A DNA stretch of 64,000 nucleotides from Phoronis australis (Eukaryota; Animalia; Phoronida): NCBI GenBank assembly GCA_002633005.1, contig NMRA01000145.1:467441-531440 (forward strand), read 5' to 3'. Under the pieces are notes generated by a model that made no database searches, was not told the DNA's origin, and worked only from the letters and a program-made list of their open reading frames with translations. Below are positions 58,178 through 64,000 of the stretch, piece by piece. The position numbers were made by a program, and so were the translations under genes. The stretch's first letter is position 1, and the number at the start of each line of letters is the position of its first letter.

Positions 58178-59896
58178 ATGATGGTTGATAGAGAAGTCTT
58201 CAAACAGCTTCGTAAAGATGGAATTGATTGCCTATTCACCAACCGGTTCCTGCAGAACATGAAAGACTCGTTCAAGCAACCCGAGAATCGAGAACGCTTT
58301 TCACGAGAACTAACGAATGAACCGCATGCGCAAAGTCGAAGACGCCCCATTATGATTTTACTGGGATATCTAAATTTCAAAGTTGATAAATGCAATGATG
58401 CTATTGGATGGTTTAAAAAGGTCCTTGAAGAAGATCCAAATAATTTAAACGCCTTGCTCAGCTTGGTATTTGTTCACGACCAGTTGAAATATCCTAAAGC
58501 CGCTGGACAATATGAGAAAACAATTCTCGAAATTCTAGGCGATGGTTCTTCGGTGGGCATTTCCATGGCGTGCGCCAAGTATGAACTTGCAGCCATTTTG
58601 ACGGCAGTTGATGCTCATCTTCAGCCTGGTGGAGTTATGGTAACCAAAAGTCTTTTCTGCCAGGCACTGAAATGTAAAGAAATTCCCGACGTTGACCAGA
58701 GAGAAAAAGAATTTGCTTACGCATTTTTTTGCTTTAATGTAGATACTGTTAATGGACCCAAGTTGTCTGAATATTTCGTAGAAGCGGTGAGCTATTTCTA
58801 TGGGATTGCTAAATGGGATCAACAATCCGTGAAGAAAAACACGTGGACGGAAGAACGAGCGGCGAGATTAAATGACGTAACTGCCAAGGCCTGGTGTTTT
58901 TTGGGAAGTCTTTGGTCTAAACACGAGCGATTTGAAGAGTACAAGAATTTAAGTGCTTTGTTAGGGGAAAAATGCAGCGAAGAACATGCCGAATTTACCT
59001 TGCATGACTGTATGGAACAAGCAAATATTTTAGCAATGGAGTCGAATAAAGCTGTCATTTATAGAAGAATCGGCCTCGCTTATATGTACATGGGGGATCT
59101 GAATAAAGCCGAAGAATTTCTGAAAGATGGTGTCAAATTGGATGAGAAAGATGGTTATGCCCGCTGTTTAGTTGGACGATTCAACCTGAGAATGTTTAAA
59201 AAGTCAAAGCAGATCGATATCCTTAATCGGGCAATAGAGTGTTTTGAAGCCGCCATAAAAAGAGGTTTCAATGTGTGGCACTGTTTTTTAGATCTTGCTG
59301 AAGCCCAGTTTTTGAAAGGTGAAAATATGGAGGCTGTTGCAAATTGCAGATTGTCAGAAACCAACGGCGGAAAATTGAAAAGTCGGCTATTTAAACTATG
59401 GGCGGACATTCTTGAGAAATTGGATGACCCGAAAAGTGCGACGGAAATGAGAGAAAAGGCTCGCCTAATTGATGAACATAAAATCAATGACGATGCAAGG
59501 CACGATTTTGGTGCCATATACAATGACGAGGATATTAACGAAGTGGCAGGTTTTGTGGATATTTTAGAGAGACAATTGCACCGACGATGCTACTTTCCTG
59601 AGCGAGATACGATGTGTGGTGATGACTTAGTAGATGCATGGGGAAACGTTGACAAAACGAGCAAGGTTGTGCTTGTTTTCTGTGGCAATAAGGAGTTCTA
59701 TTCCCATGCTAGATTTGCTTTACACAGCATCATAACTAAAAGAGGCGGCAAAGGAGAAGCCAATACAGTTGTGCCTGTTAAATTGTCTGACTGTAAAAGT
59801 GTTCCAGATTTATTAGTGGCCAATAAACCAGTGGTGTATAATGGATCGGATGAGTTTGTGGAGGAGCTTGAAAAGAAGTTGGCCCTCTGTGACTAG
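58178..59896 (+). CDS. TPR-TIR paralog 5 (572 aa), intact, most divergent copy
   Basis: Uninterrupted ORF. TPRs include ILLGYLNFKVDKCNDAIGWFKKVLEEDPNNLNALLSL and IYRRIGLAYMYMGDLNKAEEFLKDGVKLD. TIR: HDFGAIYNDED...RCYFPERDTMCG...VVLVFC...TVVPVKL. The acceptor TTACAG lies 4 nt before ATGATG. Confidence 0.92.
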   Translation: MMVDREVFKQLRKDGIDCLFTNRFLQNMKDSFKQPENRERFSRELTNEPHAQSRRRPIMILLGYLNFKVDKCNDAIGWFKKVLEEDPNNLNALLSLVFVHDQLKYPKAAGQYEKTILEILGDGSSVGISMACAKYELAAILTAVDAHLQPGGVMVTKSLFCQALKCKEIPDVDQREKEFAYAFFCFNVDTVNGPKLSEYFVEAVSYFYGIAKWDQQSVKKNTWTEERAARLNDVTAKAWCFLGSLWSKHERFEEYKNLSALLGEKCSEEHAEFTLHDCMEQANILAMESNKAVIYRRIGLAYMYMGDLNKAEEFLKDGVKLDEKDGYARCLVGRFNLRMFKKSKQIDILNRAIECFEAAIKRGFNVWHCFLDLAEAQFLKGENMEAVANCRLSETNGGKLKSRLFKLWADILEKLDDPKSATEMREKARLIDEHKINDDARHDFGAIYNDEDINEVAGFVDILERQLHRRCYFPERDTMCGDDLVDAWGNVDKTSKVVLVFCGNKEFYSHARFALHSIITKRGGKGEANTVVPVKLSDCKSVPDLLVANKPVVYNGSDEFVEELEKKLALCD

Positions 59897-60508
59897 TGCT
59901 CGTTGTCACATTTGAAATGCACACGATTATTTTTACACGGAGACAAATTTTGGTCAAACATGTACATTGCCCTTTCCTGTTTTACAGTTTGATCGTTAAG
60001 TTTGACGTGATTGTTTGTATGCTCTAGGCAATCTCTACTTGGTAATGGATTGATGAGAAATTGACACTCGAAAAACGACTTGTCGAGAGCTTGAGGTATA
60101 TAATCATTGGTTATATTTTTTTGAGATGGTAACATTCAATGAACAACGCTATTGCAAGACATAATATATGTTCACAGAACAGTATGCACTATCATTATGA
60201 TGTCATTTAGACAATCCAGTCCAGATTCCTTTTTGCTCATTTTTTGTTTAAGGTGACCAACAACGTTTGAATGTGACTGGTAAAATACCTGAGACAATAT
60301 TTTATCAAAATAACTATAAGTACATGAGCTCTAAAATTTCCACAATTTACAACTTTTCTTCCACACACACATTACACACATTGGGCACATTACACGAAAA
60401 TATGTTACGGATCTTTTTATGTTTAAAAATATACCTTCGAATGAGAAAGGAAATTCAAAATGCAATTGCCAGGAAACAGTACTTTTCAATACCATACAGC
60501 TCAGAACC

Positions 60509-60556
<48 letters not shown>

Positions 60557-60710
60557 CCCTCTCTCTCTCNNNNNNNNNNNNNNNNNNNNNNNNNNNNNNN
60601 NNNNNNNNNNNNNNNNNNNNNNNNNNNNNNNNNNNNNNNNNNNNNNNNNNNNNNNNNNNNNNNNNCTCCCTCCCTCCCTCCCTCCCTCCCTCTCTCTCTC
60701 TCTCTCTCTC
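60509..60710. repeat. (CT)n/(CCCT)n microsatellite spanning an assembly gap (N at 60570-60665)
   Basis: Directly visible in the sequence. Confidence 0.97.
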
Positions 60711-60837
60711 TGCGTGCGTGTGTGTCCTCTTCTTAATTGTATGTATGGTCTGTGATTATGTGTCCTCGTCTTAATTGTATGTGTGCAACTAATAAAAGGG
60801 AATAAACATTAAAGTTACTAAGCGGTAAGCTACTCTC

Positions 60838-62420
60838 ATCCAGGGAGATGGAAAATGTTCTGAATGATATACCCGGCTTTGCATTGTACTTCAGTGACAT
60901 TTTTGTTACGGGATTGAATTACAAGGAACATTGGCGTAACCTAGAGACCGTCCTGTGGAGATTAGCAGAAGCTGTGTTGAAACCAAATCTTCAGAAATGC
61001 AAAGTTGTGCAAGCGGAGGTGCGTTAATTGGGGCATAAATTACCCCCTGCGGGTTTGCACCCGCTGTAAGAAAAGGATCCACGTAACCTGGTCAGCGGAG
61101 AGAAAAACTCGTCTCAGGCCGAAAAAGAGGAGTTGTTCGTCCTGTGGTGGTGGAGAAATTGTCGAAATTTACACAGATCACGAGCTGTTGCTTCGATTAC
61201 TTGGAGAAAAACGTACGACTCCAACTGCGACTCCCATGAAGAGGATTACACGTTGGAGTTTCTCTGTCGGCTTGTGATTACTAACTAGTGCACCGACCCG
61301 ATGCACAAATCGCAAACACGGACTGTCTGTCGCGGTTTCCCATGCAAAAAACTGTACATGCTTAGGAAATGGGTAAGGAAGTACAGTATTTCAGTATTGC
61401 ACTCTTTAACAGTGGTAAGAAGGGTAGCATTGTGGATGTTGTTCAACATGGCTTATCATTGGTTAAAGTAATGAAACTGACTTCAAAACATTCAGTCATT
61501 CCCATTGGTTGAAGTCTGTGAGACCCTTTTCAGCTTGCCCTTAAGCGTAGCATGGCGACCACCTTTGACTTGAATAGTTGCGATTTATTACAACTGGCAC
61601 AAAATGTGTTGTGGTACCATCCCAAGGCCAAGAAAGCTGCATGACTGACCCACTGGGGGTTATACAAATCGAAGGGGTTAGCTCACGGTAATATATGTAG
61701 TGGCCTGGTATTGACAAGGACTTTAATTAGAACAAAGGTTAACACATTTCGCACTAGCCGGTCGCTTCGGATGTTCTCTGTTCGCAATTGCCTGCCGTTA
61801 CACCCTTGAAAAGTTCCGTCGAAACATTGGTAGTTCTTGCATATCAATAACGCGGGACAGATGGGAAGAAATGTGTTCTTGGTAGTCGCAAACGTTCACT
61901 AAGTCAATGGACATTATCCCCTACCAGTGGATCTACTTCAGCAAAACCGATCAAGAAATTGCGGGTTATTTTGCGTTCATGGGTTGTCGGGTATGTTGAT
62001 ATCTGATAATGGTTCGTCCTTCACCAGTGGGGACTTCCAAGAGTTTTTGGAAAAGAACGGAATCCGACTCGCGCGGACTGGAACCCTCTATCATCCAGCC
62101 ACAAAAAGGCCTCGCGCAGCGTTCCCGCGTGTCGAGTTACTAATGAAGTATTGTAAAGATTCGCACTTTAATTTATCGTATGATACCCCCCAGTGGGTGA
62201 TATGGTGCGAAATTGCCAACTGTCACCCGTGAGACATCATCACAAATGCTCCGAGCGTTGGCAGGAGTTTGAGTTAAGGTCATCCCGTGTTCGTAATCAA
62301 GCTAAGCTACGGTCCAATGAATGTGCCGAATTAGGGGATCTTCGTCTGGCAGTGCTCGGGATGAAAGCGGCCTGCTGGTTAGAAAGCATTTGGAACCTTT
62401 GAATCCCGATTACCGTACAA
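60838..62420 (+). mobile_element. Degenerate Ty3/Gypsy pol relic (RT, RNase H and integrase fragments)
   Basis: RT: REMENVLNDIPGFALYFSDIFVTG...EHWRNLETVLWRL...KCK (YxDD decayed). RNase H: EIYTDHELL...RITRW. Integrase: HGLSGMLISDNGSSFTSGDFQEFLEKNGI...YHPA. Many stops and frameshifts. Confidence 0.88.
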
Positions 62421-64000
62421 CAGAGTTCAGTAATCGACATGTGACTGCAGAATTCGAGGCTTGTGCTGCCCGTTTGAGATTTAGTATACAGACAGACTGT
62501 TGATATCAATGGGCTTACTGCTTATTTGTTGTAAACCATGGAACCGATAGTTAGGTAACGACAGTTGCCACTAGTCAAGTAGCACGTACTTGTAACTGAC
62601 CATAACCATCAGTAGAGAATAGACCTATATCAGTATCCAGAAACATCTGACTTATTTGTTAGCTCAGCGCAATATTAAATTTAATAACTAATAATACTAA
62701 TACTATCACTGCTGCTGCTACAACAACTACTGCTGACACTACTATTACTACCCACGGCCAGTTCTACTATTAGTTCTTCGCTAGCTGGTATACTTACTGT
62801 ACTACCAGTGCTACAATACTGGTACCACGTACTACTACTACTGCTACCAACACATCGACTAGTACAGCCAACACCACATGCATTTGAAAAACAAATGCAA
62901 CTTTAACTGTATCAAAATTTCCTGAAATATTAAGCATCTTTCAGAGATAATTTAAGGCTACGAAAATTCTCGAGGTGTTCCTTATGGCTCAAATTATCCC
63001 TCGGAGGTGAAAGTCACGTGACTCTCAAAATGTAGAATGCCTTGAAATATCTGCTGGGCTGCCCTTGCAATAGCACAACTAAACGAGAGTGAAGAGTATG
63101 TCAGGCGACAGACTCAGGATTGAGAATGACGTCAAGTATTACTTTGAAGAAATGCTTGGCTGAAGGTTTCCGAATACCCTCGGAGGTGGACATTGTCTGG
63201 ACATGTTATGACAGTCACTCATACGGCCAATTACATGTATTCTCCAGTTTAGAAGACACATGACTTGCTGGTCTGACTGACGTCTGCAAATACGTAGGTA
63301 AAGTTCACGTCCGGCGAGGGAAATTTTAGTCTGGTGGAAACACCCGGCCCGAGGTGGTTCATACTACGCAATAGACAGCTAAAATCATGGCTTCAGCTCA
63401 GCATGTCTCAAAAGTCGTACGCAACGTTATTGTCAATCCTTAGTTGGTCTCTTGACTTACTGTTAATTAAATTTAACTTGTTAAATGCATTTATCGTCAT
63501 TATTTTGACACTTGTCTCTTTATTTTGAGACCAGTCCTTAGGGTTTATTTTGCATTACTCATCTCTATTTATAGCCTCTAGGGCCTACTTTTGTATTCAT
63601 ACGTTTCTCTACGCGACTCCTGATTGGTCGCCCATAGTTCCTTTGTTCTGTTCAACGTGGTCTCTCATTCAGCCACCTACCTCGTCGTCTACAAGGCGTT
63701 TTCTGCATGCCCATCTTGCAGAGTCTTAGTTAGTTTTATCTATTACGTCATAATAAATGACAATATTCGCAATCCTCCTCTTGTTTTACTCTGCAACATA
63801 GCTCGTGGCGTACCCCGGGCAAAATAGATCAGAGGCGGATCTACGGGGGGGGTTCAGGGGGTTTAAACCCCCCCTCGGGCCAGGACCCAAAAATTAAAAA
63901 AACAAAAAACAAAACAAAAACGTCTCCAGCAAAACAAAAACGCCGGCACCGCCAGCGTGTGTAAACCCCAAGTAAACCAACCTGGAAAAAATGAGGGGGG

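Noticed and set aside
7091-59523. Numerous short antisense ORFs overlapping the TPR-TIR and transposon genes
   Set aside because: They are shadow ORFs of real coding sequence, and their mutual similarity simply reflects paralogy.
7031-59896. Bacterial origin (contamination or recent HGT) of the intronless TPR-TIR ORFs, or NADase-type defence TIRs
   Set aside because: The ORFs have conserved spliceosomal acceptors, are interspersed with animal TEs, are linked to intron-containing EXOC7, show no operon structure, and lack the catalytic Glu.
60267-60774. ORFs with SLSLSL/PSL runs
   Set aside because: These are translations of a CT microsatellite and an N gap.

Overview
AT-rich animal (probably marine invertebrate) genomic DNA with GT-AG introns and one assembly gap (60570-60665). 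The window opens with five 3' coding exons of the exocyst gene EXOC7/Exo70. Most of the remainder is a tandem, birth-and-death cluster of genes with a large uninterrupted coding exon, each encoding an N-terminal TTC22/IFIT-like TPR solenoid fused to a C-terminal TIR domain. The TIR looks TICAM(TRIF/TRAM)-like, has a Cys-Gly BB loop and lacks the NADase glutamate. Six copies are visible. Two are intact (14645-16402, 58178-59896). One has an in-frame BB-loop deletion (29249-30961). One has frameshifts confined to the TIR (7031-8776). One is a truncated pseudogene (39354-40073) and one is a ~100-bp 3' relic (~27400). Between them lie an apparently intact ISL2EU-type (PIF/Harbinger-related) transposon with spliced THAP-DDE transposase and SWIM-YqaJ exonuclease genes, a non-autonomous Kolobok-like element with perfect TIRs and a TTAA TSD, LINE and Gypsy relics, palindromic MITEs and a repeat with a phased array of CTCF-like motifs. 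All family assignments come from motif reading by eye, not database searches.
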